DNA from: Takakia lepidozioides
Taxonomy: Eukaryota; Plantae; Bryophyta
NCBI GenBank assembly: GCA_030704615.1
Contig: CM060733.1
Span: forward strand, 50,468,001-50,532,000
Length of the DNA: 64,000 bases
Reading direction: 5' to 3'
The translations under genes and the position numbers were made by a program. Numbering within the stretch: the first letter of the stretch is position 1; each line of letters starts with the position of its first letter. The notes beneath the pieces are model-generated. The model saw nothing but the letters and a program-made list of their open reading frames with translations, ran no database searches and was not told the origin of the DNA. This document shows, piece by piece, positions 23,049 to 35,600 of the stretch.

Positions 23049-26000
23049 ATGTCTGATCGCGAGGGCATGGCAGGGGAACCGGCTATGATGGAGAGCAAAA
23101 AAAGGTCTGCACAATTGGTTGCTGGTATAGAACCGAGCGGCAAGCTTGCAAGGGTGAATGGCAATTCTTCGGCAGGGTTGGAGCCGATCGGGTGTGTTCA
23201 GGCAGATGCCGTCATAGTGGAAGTGGACAGCAAGAGAATCGATGCTAAGGGGGGTGTTCCTGAGGTGACACGTCAAGATATTGCATCAGCTCATCTGATT
23301 GGCGTCTCTCTGGGTAGCGAATGTGCCACAATTCCGTCCCAGGCAAGTATTCTGTCATAGTGCACCACAGTGCTTGGGACACAGAGGGGAGAAAAGTGTC
23401 CCTAAAAGTCTCGGAGTTGAAACTGTGACGTAAGAGTGAGCTAGGTCTGTTGATCTCAACTCCTCATCTTAAGCTTGGAAAACATTGAGTAATTAGATTC
23501 CGGCACACATCAGACTCAATCCAGGAAAACCTCGTGGTTGGAATGCCTGCTGTTCAATGAAACCCACTCATTAACATTAGGCCTTCCCAGGGTATGGATT
23601 TCTTGTGCTGCTACCCGAAGTAGGCTTTGTGGGTTGGTTTCAAATCCTTCACCATTACATGTGGTTGGCATTCTACTTCCAGCCATCAGCTTCATAGAAA
23701 CATGGTCGGTGGTCTGTGCTCGTATCTCCTATTTCGGGGACATTGCCTTCTCAAGTATGTACCCTAGGGAACTTCCAAGTCATTAAGACAAGAATGCGAA
23801 TTTTAGCATGGTATTATAACTGCTCACCTAACAGGATCAGTAGCATGATGGGTCTGGAAGCTCCTGTGTTCCAATGGCTCTAACCGACTTTGACTTATCA
23901 TAGTGTCTCTGTGTATGCCTGGCCAACTCGGTGAATTAATAGCAGTGAAGAAAGTCAATGATTTTAACCTCTGCTGGAGCTTATAGCGATGCTGGTTGAG
24001 TGCAGACTGAGTTTAGATTGGAAGGATTTTCTCAATTCAAATGGTAACCTTGATGCTCTTTGCAGAGACCCAGCCCAATATCCCAAGTAACATCCATATG
24101 TGGTGACTCATGCTCCACAGTAAATGAGAAAAGTTCACTTGTTTCAGACATGTCTGAAGGATACACAATGGTTTTGGACAGCACCACCAGCAGCGTTTTA
24201 ACTCCTGTTGTGAAAGACTGTGAATCTGCTCCTATCGTTCCAATGAATCAATGCAAAGTTGAAGGACTGTCAGGCAGAGTTACACTACCAAAACTGCCTA
24301 TTTCCAGTGACAAGACTGAAACAAGTCTTCCTTTTACTGCTAAGAGTTCATCTCTGATAGCACAGCCCCATAGCCTCCCAATGGAATCACTAAAAGTTGG
24401 AAAGGTCGAAGATGTTGGTGACACCAGTGCATGGACTAAAATCAAGAGCGGGAATGGGCGGAGGGTGCCAGCCCCCTCACATCCTCCAGAGGCTGAACTG
24501 ACTGACTATGAGAGAGAGAGGGCTGAAAACATCCGGCGCAATGAACTTTTCCTTGAGAAACTCGGTATCTCAATGGCAAAAGAAAGCATTGCATGTCCTG
24601 TTGGTGCCCGTGGCCGTCCAAGAGGGCCCAAGTCTAAAGCCCCACCTGCAACAACTATGCCCCTTCGTAGAAGCATGCGGGGGCGGCCCCCAGCGGAAGT
24701 GTCTTCTGAGCAACAGGCAGCCAGTGACACTCCAGAGCAGGAGGTATCTAAGGATGGGCTTAAGGAAGAGGCTGATGAGGTTTCATTTGATGATTCGTCA
24801 GTTGTCAAGTACAAGTACGGAGGCACCCTTGGCACTAACCTTTGTGGAGGGAGCCCAATGGATGGATTGGAGATTGGAAGGTTCCATCCCATGCCTGAGG
24901 AGCTTGTAGACCCCAATCTGACAAGGATCTACACCATGGACCTGGCAACCATGAATGGGGGTAATGTTGGTTTGCTGGCAGCAGGTGGGCATAAGGGTCG
25001 TATTGCTGTTTTTGGGACCAGTGCTGAATGGACTTTGTGGGCCAGACATAATGGCGAGATTGAGAAGTTTGAAGCAGCTCATTCGAGTGTCACAGGCAGT
25101 GAGGGAAGCTTTGCAGATACTGTGCAGCCTTTGTTAACCTGGAAAGGCAGTAGTGGCTGGATTTCACAAGTCCAGTTTCTTTCCAAACAGCGAGAGGTTA
25201 TCATCTGAAACTTCAAGGGTTAAATATTGTGGCAGGAGTAATGGATAAGGGGAAGCAAGAGTGGCAGGACTGAGGAGGGATATAGAAAAGTGAGGAGGGA
25301 AAATGACATAAAATTATTTCCATGTACAGTGCAGCCATACTTCAAACCTATTAGTTGCCTAGACATAAGAAACCTGTAGCAACAAGCTCCGTGCCACAGC
25401 TGTGAGAGTATGGTGTTCATACTGAATTTCACAATAGTGAGCTAATCAGGAGTGAGTCTCTTGCAGTGAGTCACCGGTGTGAGAGGTGAATATTCTGGAG
25501 ATAAGGATAAGTAGGTGCTTCAGAGGCTCTGAAGCCAGGATAGAAGTAGAAGTCCAGATATCCAACAATCACAAAGAGGTAGGATATTGTTCTGCATTTC
25601 TTTGAGACTTCTGATACATAGCTCAATCAGATGCAAATGCCTTGATATACTAACCCGTGCAACCATATTTGCGCTCAGGACACCACACTGCTACTTTCCA
25701 GCTCAAACGATGGGAGTGTGGTCCTATGGGACCTCAATAAACAGCAGCCACCCCAAATATCTAGAGGGGTCCGGCACAACATGCATGAAGGCGGGAGGCC
25801 TCGCAGTGTTACAGAGACCCACTCCCTCCATTGCAATGGCATCTTCTCAATGCATGAACTGGAGCTCCAAATTGCTACAGGCTCCAAGGACTGCTCAGTT
25901 GCTTGTAGTGTGGTTACACAGACTGCGATTTCCAGAGAGAGGGTCATTGAAGGTCATCACACGGGGGCTGTAAGGGGGGTACGCTTCAGGTTTGTACCAG

Positions 26001-26916
26001 ATCTCAAAGTGCTTATTGTCTTCTACTTCTTGCCTTCTCTCTCTCTATGAGCTTTCCGCAGACGTTATGAAGCACCATTTCATTTCATTTCTCCATGTGT
26101 GGGTAATTTTGGGTGAGAAGTAGGCATTGAGTAATTTCGAACCTTGATATTAATCTTGTCATGGAAAAATAAATTGGACATGTTCTTGTTTTTGTAAGGG
26201 GGAAGAAATGGATGCAGTTCTGGTGTCTGGAACCCTCATACTTAACATATAGTCATCAGGAGACTGGTCAGACTCACTGCGGCCTCTGCTTGAAGCAGTT
26301 GCCCTATGGGTGCTGACTTTGGTCAGTTAGTGGATAACCCAGAAATGGTTACCACCACTTATATGCTGTGTGATACAAGATATTCATATTTAAGTGGTGT
26401 TACTCTTCTTGCAGGGAGCGAAACATTCTTGCTGATTGTGGTGCTGATGGGCGGATCTGCATCCTAGATCTGCGTCTGCCTTCCCCATGCTCCCTAACCA
26501 TTGCTGGCACACATACAACGGCAATTAATGTGGTTGAATGGAACCCTAGCCAAGAGAGCTTGATCCTGTCAGCAAGTAATGATCCCCAGCTCTATGTGCA
26601 TGACATTCGCAACCCTGTCACTCCCCTTCACAAACTGGTGGGTCACTGTAAATCACAGCTGCGCCGATGCTCTCATATTTATAGGCCTGCTTTTGCTGGG
26701 GTTGGAAGGGTGGTTGCAACTCCTGGAGAGGGGTCCAACCAGATCTCCCTCTACTCCATGACCACTGGCAAGCCTATCAGCAGGGGCAATGTAGGATATG
26801 ATGCGAACATGGTCATGGGAACCAACAGCCTCTCGGGCTCACGCTCCGAGCTGTGGGCAGCAGGAAAACACATTGTAAAGTATGCTCCAGTGTGGCAGCC
26901 AATAGCAAACACATGA
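23049..26916 (+). CDS. WD40-repeat protein, WDR76/Cmr1-like; 4 exons (23049-23342, 24066-25196, 25679-25989, 26415-26916), ~745 aa
   Basis: LTDYERERAENIRRNELFLEKLGI and LRRSMR motifs, then RIYTM..LLAAGGHKG and WD repeats (LLSSSNDGSVVLWD, IATGSKDCSV, LILSASNDPQLYVHDIR). Exon phases are consistent; exon 1 needs a GC donor and is less certain. Confidence 0.8.
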
Positions 26917-27399
26917 ATTTGCAATGCTTTCTCTTGATCTGTAAAAATGCCAGGGATTCTTTTCTCAACAGCTGAAAAACTTAACTTCAACAGAACTCAA
27001 CTTTTGTCAGTTCTTGATCTGCTCTTGCCACAATTAGTAAGCCCATCTTCAGTGGAAATCTGACACCAACTGTTTTGCTAAGTAATAGAAGCAACTGAAG
27101 ATGGGTCAATGGTGCAAAACGTTAGCCTGAAAACTGCAAGCAGACCTGTGTTGTGACTTACTGTTGAGGGGCATCTGGTACTGTCCTTTGCAATTGATCT
27201 TCTCCTCATCACGTGGCTCGCTTTACGGTGCTACATTCCTTCTTATTAGGGAGCTTACTGGAAGAGGAAGGAGAATCGTAACCCTAAGCTGGTCTTGGGG
27301 TGGAGATGGAATTTGCTTAGGCTAATCCTCTCTAGAGTGGGCATCAGCTCGTCGTCCCCGCGTGTGAGGAGGGCTAAACAAGCAGCTCGACGAGTCCTC

Positions 27400-27900
27400 T
27401 ACAACTGACACTTCCATGTGGTGGTTGATGGTGTGCTGTTCAAATTAAGGTATCCAAGGAGTACCTCGTAGCCTTATGGAAGTGCCACTGAAGAGCTCCT
27501 CACTAACCTCTTTGCACTGTATCATGACTCCAATATGCTGGTCATTTTGGTTTCAAGAAGATAGTAGCCCGTGTTTGGAGAGAAATTTTATTGGAAAGGT
27601 ATGCGTAAGGTCTATATAGCTACCTATATCTCCTCGTTGCGTGAGCTGCAATGGAAAGGCTGGGCGCCAGTGGTTCTCAAGCTTCAGTCCATTCTTGTCA
27701 CCTATGTCTTTGCTAGAGTAGGTATGGATCTCGTCGGACCTTTGAGTCCCACGTTGAAGGGCCACAGCTATATTATAAATGTGGTTATGGATTATCTGAG
27801 GTCCAACATCTGATCTCAAAGGGTAGTGATGGATTTGTATGTCACTAAGTTGCAGGCATCACTCATGTCTCTTGGACGAGGCTAAGTATAACGTTTCCAA
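27400..27900 (+). mobile_element. Degenerate Gypsy integrase remnant
   Basis: KFYWKGMRK and VGMDLVGPL..T.KGHSYII.VVMDYL. Confidence 0.65.
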
Positions 27901-28727
27901 AGCTCAACTAACCCAGGCTAAACAGAGAGAGTTGTCTATTCTTCCACATTTGTTGTAGGCCAGACCATTTGTGTCAAGGTCCAAGATAATGCGATTGAGT
28001 CCAAAGCCAAAACTCGTATTGAAGGCCCTTATTTGATCCGAACACCATTCAATAAGAAGATCTCTGAGGACGTACCTGTCATTGACCTCTTGCACTCAAG
28101 GCTACAGTTCAATTGAATGTAGAAGGGAGGAAGGTGGAGATGTCTCCCAAGAAGAAGACTCGTGGCTGATTGTTCAAAGACTTGAAGGCCATGTGACTAT
28201 TGTTTGCTCAGTTTGTGTAGCAGTAGTATACATTGTTGCTTTCTCTTTTGCTGTAGATGTATTAGATTGTTTTAAGAACTGGCCATTTTGTAAGGATTGG
28301 GATTTTTCTTGCACCATAGGTTTTTTAATCCCAGTCCAGGCAGGCTGAAGGTGGGGCATCTTGCAGCTCCCGTTGTGGTCACATTTTCACCTCATTTGAT
28401 GCCCTCTCCCCTTTTGTTCTTGTTATTCTTCTTTCTTTTGGTTTCAGTTCAGTTGTAACCTACGTAGACAGAGTCATGGTTTGTGAAGGGGCCTATGGAA
28501 GGGGTTTGCACCAGTTGTTGGACCGGTATATAGGGCCTGGCCGGGTATCAACTAGGGTATCAACCAGGGTATGAAATAACCGACCCGGCTGGTATTGGCT
28601 GTTGTAATACTAGGGTTAATAACCGAACCGCCTGGTATTGACAATCCCAATACCTAGGTCAATACCCTACATAGGCTGGTATTGACAAAGGCAATACCCA
28701 TATTATGGGCAAAAACAAGGACTATAC

Positions 28728-29482
28728 TAGTGTTGGGCGGTTCTCTGGTTTTGGGTGAAAGAACCGCCGGTTCGGGAGGGGGGTATATACCACCTTAACC
28801 TCAGGTATTAAAATTTCAAATACCCTAGTCAAGATTGAAGGCGGATACCAAAATCTATTTTACCGTGAACTTCACCGAACCGGGGGTTCTCTAATAGCTA
28901 TTATCCATAAGAACCTGACATATGTGTTGGAATGAGAGGGGAGGATAAGGGTAACTGCACCCGACACATACCCTGGGTATAAGGGCGGTTATCTAGGGTT
29001 AGCATGGCAGCCTGGGGAAGAAGAAGAGTATTAAAAATGCTAGAACTGAATGCCAATAGGCCAACATTGATAATCTAGAGGAAGATCAATGTTAGTTGTG
29101 CCAGAAAATGACCTTAATTATTGACTAATCTTTACTATTGACAATTGTGGCCGGGTTGGATTTTTTCTCATACATGCACATTTTATTAATTCTGTCCATA
29201 ACAAGTTTTGAATTCAGAACCGGGAGGGAACCTAGTCATCTCTCGGTTCTCTATACGGTTCTCTACCCATATACCCGAGCACCGAATTTGGCAAATAATT
29301 GCATTAAAGAACCGGTATAAAACATACCAGTGAAAATGTAACTAAGAGTTATACCCTGCACCACAGGTTCTCTAACTCTCCATATTTATAAAAACCCGGC
29401 CCCGCAGGTTCTCTATTTACCTTCCAGAAGATAGAACCTACCCTGCAGGTTCTACCCAAAACCACATAACCGCCCAACTCTC
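28728..29482. mobile_element. hAT-type MITE (755 bp)
   Basis: 8-bp TSD gactatac at 28720-28727 and 29483-29490; TIRs tagtgttgggcggtt / aaccgcccaactctc; subterminal gaacc/ggttc repeats. Confidence 0.9.
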
Positions 29483-29589
29483 GACTATACACATGGTTTA
29501 GTATCTAGATATGAAGTTGGGGCTGGTGCACAAGTCGGGGATTTACTTCATAATTCACGCTTTGAAACCATGTAACAGACTACAATTTT

Positions 29590-32500
29590 TGATGGGTTGT
29601 CCTCTCCCCCTTGAGGACTCCGATAGGGTCTCCCATGCCTCATCTTATCCGTCTAGTGATGCCTCTTCGTTATTGAGTTGGCGGTTGCCACTCGCGTTGG
29701 GGCCAAGTGGTATGGACCTTTCATCTCACTTCGGCAGGGAGGATCTTACTAATTAACTGCCGCTGCTACCGGATGTTTCTTTCCCCCCGAAACGAGGAAT
29801 CGGAAACTTGTCCACGTTATCCAATGGGGGGGCGCTGTGGTGAGTTCCGAGCCTAGGTGGCGTATCCTGCTATGTGAGTTTTCGTACCTATTGAGCCCTT
29901 CATGCTCTTTGGGAGCCTTCCTACTCTTTGGTTGGGTCCTTTTCTCGGCGAGCCCTAGGGGAATTCCTCCTGGGAGGGATAGCGGAGACAGGTTAGTTAA
30001 GATTTCTATCCATGGATGAATTGCCTTGTCGCTAGTTGGCACGTTTACCGGCTTAGGTCCCGACCCGCATCTCAGAGGCGCCCCCATTACCAAGGACGGT
30101 ACCGTTGGCGAACTTTTAACTCGTTACCGAGGAGGTGCTCGTTTGCCAGCTTTGGTCTTTGTACTTTCAGGGCCGCGCTCCCCTGGTACAATAGTTGACT
30201 AGTTCCGTTATCCGATGTTTACCTCGTGACCGAGAGAGTTGTTCGTTTATCATGTGTTTGTCCTTGTGACTAGGGGTCGTGCCCTCTCGGGACCTCTCCC
30301 TGACTTGCGTTTCCTAAGCTTTCAACCCTTGTGCTTTCGAACCCGACTGAAAAACTTGCCCTCACGGTTTTAGGATGAACAGTCCAAAGAACGCGAGGTG
30401 GGAGACCCAATTCATGTTTTCCCGGGCCGTGCTAAGTCAAGCTCAACAGATTCCTTCAGGGCTGCCCATTCCCTCTAGCTCATTGTGGGGTTGTTTGGCG
30501 GGCCGTGTTAGGTCAAGCTCTACAGTTTCCTGCAGGGTTGCCCAATCCCTGCTTTTTATGGGGTTGTCCGACGGGCCGTGAAAGGTCAAGCTCAGCAGTC
30601 TCCTCCAAGGTTGCCCATTCCCGAGGGCAGCAAAGGCGTGAGCAGAACCCGTGAGCAGATTCCCTATCCGCGAACAGATTCTCCCAAGCGTGAGCAGATT
30701 GTAAGCGTGAGCAGATTATTGATGCGGACCCTAAAAGCGAGGGAACAAATGGGCCTATTGCCGTGGACACAAACTCCACTGCAACAACACAATCTCCTCT
30801 CCATTGGACCGAAGACAGACAAGCTCCATGACGACAATGTGGCACGAATGTGCGATGAAAAACTAACGGATGAATGTATATATGATGAACGTAAAAGGGA
30901 ATGGATGAACATTGGATGAACGTTGGATGAGTGTCGGATGAATAATTGCCCAGATGAATGAACAATGGATAACTGCAACAACATGTATCCTTACCGATGA
31001 GCATGTGCATAGGGTCATGTGTTGTTGAGTTTAAATAAGTGTATTTTAATTTGGTAGAAGCTTAATTCCAGCCCAGAAGCCAGATCAAGCTCGCGTCGAC
31101 GCCACCTTCATCTGACACATTCAGGAGGGTAAAAACAAAAAATAATAAAAATGTTTTTTTTTAAAAAAAAATTTGGAAAACTTGCAAATGAACCCAACCC
31201 CTTCTTTGCAAGCAAAAGACCTGGCGTTTACCTAGCTTGGATTTCTGGTCACTTCGAAGAATGACATGACAACGATTCATAAGTTATATGGTCCAAGCAA
31301 TTTCTAGATGTCATTCACCCCAAATAGCACACCAGAAGACCAGCCAAATTAAGGTGTCGTTGACGACACCTTAATCTGGCACATTCGGGGATAAAATAAA
31401 AATAAAATAATTTTTTTTTTTTTTTTTTTTTGTTTTTTGGAAAACTTGCAAATGAACCCAACCCCTGCTTTGCAGAAGACCAGCGACACCTTAATCTGGC
31501 ACATTCAGGGAAAAATAAAAATAAAAATAAAATTTGGAAACTTGCAAACGAACCCAACCCCTGCTTTGCAAGCAAAAGACCTGGCGTTTATCCAGCATGG
31601 ATTTCTGGTCACATGGAAAAAGGACATGACAACGAATCATAAGTTATGTAGTCCGAGCAATTTGTAGATGTTATTCACCCCAAATAGCACACCAGAAGAC
31701 GTTACAGATGTCATGTTATGTGGAGGCTGCAGCTTGTGAATTTAGTCTCATCTCTTCTCCCCCTCCTGTGCAGAGTAGGGCTAGTGTCTCCATAGACAGT
31801 TCTGCCTTCGTTTTGGATTCCGACTCCAGTAGCAATGGATATTCTTCGTCGGAATAAGTCGGCTGTTTTCAAACAATTTATATTAAAGCACCAAACGGCC
31901 TCTCCACCTTCTTTGCAATTGAGTATCAGCATCTCTCTCGACTTAGGATACCTAGTGAAATGACAACCACAACCCTCTGCGGTTAGCAGAGGTTCACTCT
32001 GGAGCTCGGGGGATTTGGCAACCACTACTCAAAAATGCTTTTTAATTTTGCATTCAACCACAAACTACATTCATCCATGTGCCATTCGTCCAACATACAT
32101 TCATCGCCCATTCATCCATCATTCATCCGTCATTCATCCATAACGATGAATTGGTATGCATGTTATACTGACTACCCGCAATAATAGGTCCTCTAAGCTG
32201 AATAGGTGTCCGCGATTATAGGTGAGCATATCCAGAAGCATGCGCAGAATTCTGCTCAAGGAATTTTCTGCTCACGGTTTAGCAATCTCCCCCATTCCCT
32301 ATTTTTTATGGGGTTGTCCGACGAGCTGTGATGACTCAAGCTCAGCATATTCTTGGGGAGTTGCCCCGTCCCTTTATCGCCCCGTCTTCTTTACCTCATC
32401 CTTTGGGCTTCTTTGGGTGTCATGTTTTGGTGGGTCCGGCCTTGCTGGAATTCGGGGTTAGTAGGTCTTAGTGTTCGACAAAGAAAGGGAGAGAGGGGGA

Positions 32501-32697
32501 TGCATCCATGGTTTTTGCAATGAAAACGAGTGATTTCCGTGACTTCTGCAATGAAAACAAGTCATTTTACTGCATTAGTGTGAGGGTGGATCCTCCATGA
32601 AAAATGTCTTGTCTAGTCCTTCCGTAATCGGGCCTCTTCCCTAACTAGCTGGTCCCTGGCTATCCAAGTAAGAGTCAAGGGCACATCCAGCCCCAAG
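29590..32697 (-). mobile_element. Probable Tat-like LTR fragment interrupted by a MULE-like insertion
   Basis: Minus strand CTTGGGGCTGGA (Tat-type PPT) then TG at 32685. The repeat ttatggggttgtccgacg..tcaagctcagca occurs on both sides of the 30623-32290 insert. Confidence 0.4.
30623..32290. mobile_element. Non-autonomous Mutator-like element
   Basis: 9-bp TSD cccattccc (30614-30622, 32291-32299); imperfect TIRs sharing CGTGAGCAGAA; subterminal ggatgaa/ttcatcc repeats; internal ~250-bp duplications at 31080-31710. Confidence 0.7.
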
Positions 32698-35600
32698 GGC
32701 CCGCCACTATTTTTCATTTTTTAGCACATGTCGGTAGGCCAATGTTGACTTGGCATTGACAACCTAGTGCTAATTTTAAAGATGGCCGGATGATGTGTGC
32801 AAGGTTGTTGAGCAAGGGATCACGGATTTCTTTTTGTCCGAAAACAATACGATTGATGAATATGAAGACCTCATTGCAGATACTGGCATGTTTGACAATG
32901 AGGCTTGCAATCAGTTTTCTTTTAACAAAGCTCACTTCATTTTGCGTACTAAAATCTGCAACATTATTCTATAATGCAAAGTTTGAATATTTAATTTCTT
33001 TGTGAAACCGAATATGCCTCTAAATTAAATGCATATTAATGATTTGGTGGTTATTTTAATTTTAATTTTAATTATTCATATCCGGGTTGATAACGGCTGG
33101 TATTATGATTGGAAGACCCATCCTATTGATATCTGTCCACAAATCAAAAATCATACTACTATTGAAAACTGACGGATATTAAAATTAAGTGAATATTCCA
33201 ATACTATGGAACCGGCTGGTATTGAAAAATAATTTTTCTTCAATATCAGGACCCAGTTGGTATTAAAAAAAATAACACCCACCCAACACTGGTTTGCACG
33301 GCGCTTCGCAATTGTGCAACCAAGCAAGAAACAACAATGTCTGAGGAAAATGTGAGTTGTCATGGATGTAGTGCGGGAGTGCGACATGCGACAGAAGAAA
33401 AAACAAACACATGTATTGTTTAGAAGCGTAATGCAATGCCAAACCGTAAGAGGCACGATTCCAATTCGTGACATCAATGTAGAGAGAGATCAAGGCGGGA
33501 ACATCCGCCGTTTATTTTGCAAGTTGAATTTTGATTTTTGAATTTCGGAACTCATGTATTCTTAGGCATGTCATGTATGGCTTTAAGGAGAATTCAGAGG
33601 ATGCATGGGTATGAGCATGCATGGGTGGGCATATTGGGCACCAATATTCATGTCTGTTTATGTATTGATGTATTTCACCGCGGTCGGATCGCCGACCGCG
33701 GAGGGTGACTCGCCGTTCCAAGGGCCGGGTGGACCACAGGTGAGGCCGCCGACAAGGGATGTCTAGGCATTCAACTCCTCGGACACTTCTATTTCTTGGC
33801 GGGAAAGAACAACCAGCATCCCACACAGAGTGCGTAGCAATAAAGACTGCATGTATTATTCCCTCAACAATTCACAGAGAGAAGACTCCAACCAAAGCTG
33901 GCGTAAGTAAGAGTCACTTCGTCTTGCGGCTAGTGCCCCTTTTGGGGGTGGGCCCTACAAAAGAAGAAAGTAGTGTTTGTAGGTACCCAGGGTACCTAGG
34001 ATAAACGGGTTAGTGTTGTTGGATTGGATTCAAGTTGTTGTTTGTTGGTGATAATGGCTCTAAGAGAAGGGATAGCTGAGAGTGTCAATAATTCACACTC
34101 ATTCTGTTGTTGTCTTGTGTTTGTAGGCCCCACTAAGCACGTCAATTCTGAAAGGTCCACTTAGGGTTTGCTGTCATGTAAGAGGGTGGTTGGCTTGGGT
34201 AGACAACCCAATAGCTAGTGCATCATTAGCTGAAACCGAATAGCTCAAATGAAAATTTAAACCACTTGCAGTTAATGCACTCAAATTTAACTAATGAAAC
34301 GGTGCGTTTACTAGAGAGTAGCCCCTTAGGTTTCCTTAAGAATACTATTTTAGTGGCAATCTGTCGGCTCTTCGGATCCCATTGTGTTGTTTCAGTGTCT
34401 ATAGCATCTAGCTGGGTAGTTGCGATCATTCTCTGTTGACTAAGAATTGGTGGCTTAACTAGACCAAATATTGGCGGCTTAACTGGAGTTAGCGTAAATA
34501 AGAGCATCTTCCCCTCACCGTAGTGTTGCCTTTGTGGTGTGGGCTGTATAGGGTGTTGATAGTTGGTGAGCAAGTGAGCAAGTGAGCAGGTGAGCAAGTA
34601 AGTAGACCGAAATTTTGGTGAGCATAAAATCAAAAGTGAATATTATGTGAGCACAATTTAAGATTTTCAGATACAATAAATTTATATGCTGCCTGGCACC
34701 CCCTCTACAAAACAATACATTTGCACCTTATTTGCATATACTTCCATATCATGTCTTGAAACCTTTTTTTCCTTTGAATGCATTGGGGTGTATTGTAGAA
34801 CTGGGATTTTAATCCTCATTAAAGAAAGAAAAATAAAAAACGACTTTAGAAAGGAGGAGTAAATTTATCTTTCAATAGATAACATAAAAAAATAAAGTTT
34901 GTTATATATCCAAAGAATTTACAAAGCTTACTGAAGGGCACATGTTGAAGAATGATCACCCTGGATGTTGGGATCATGTTTGTTGAGGCTCTGTCTTTAT
35001 CCTGCCATGTTAACTTTTAGTGAAGAAGCCACGTCACATGCAAGAAGACGGTCATGAGCAACGACTTGTGTTTTCTTGTCTTATCAAAGGTCAAAGGTTC
35101 TTTCAATCTAATTATTGCACAACCGGGTCAAACGTACATACAACGTACTTTCCTTCCATCTTTTCAGGCAAGCTGCAGGATTCTTCGGAGCATCAGACAA
35201 GTTGATTAAAGACACTAGAAATAAGGTAAGACTCAATGCACTCGTGCCATCTACCTCAGTTTGAATATTAAATACTTAAGAATCCAAAAGGGTGTCTTGT
35301 TGTGGTTGGTAGCGTGTTGGTAATATGATTGCAGTGCAGGCAGCTAGATTTGGTGTAACCCCTGTAACCCCAATGTCTCGTGTGTATCTCTTTCTTAGTC
35401 CATTTTATACTTGACCACCGAGTGGAGTTACACTCCATTCTGTGTAACCCCAAGTGGAGTTTACACTCCTTCAATTCCATATCAGTCTCAAGAGAGGGTG
35501 GGGAAGATTTGACATGCCAAAAGAGGTTGCATGTGTACATTAAGTTCTTATCTCATTTCTAGTATTCTCCCCAAACTTTATGTGTCACTGAGGATTAATG

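Larger units (their letters stand above)
28512..33291 (+). mobile_element. Defective hAT element hosting nested insertions
   Basis: 8-bp TSD gtttgcac at 28504-28511 and 33292-33299; ends cagt(t)gttgg / ccaacactg. A hAT C-terminal-like remnant (LGIDNL.LI..WPDD) lies near 32750-32900. Confidence 0.8.
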
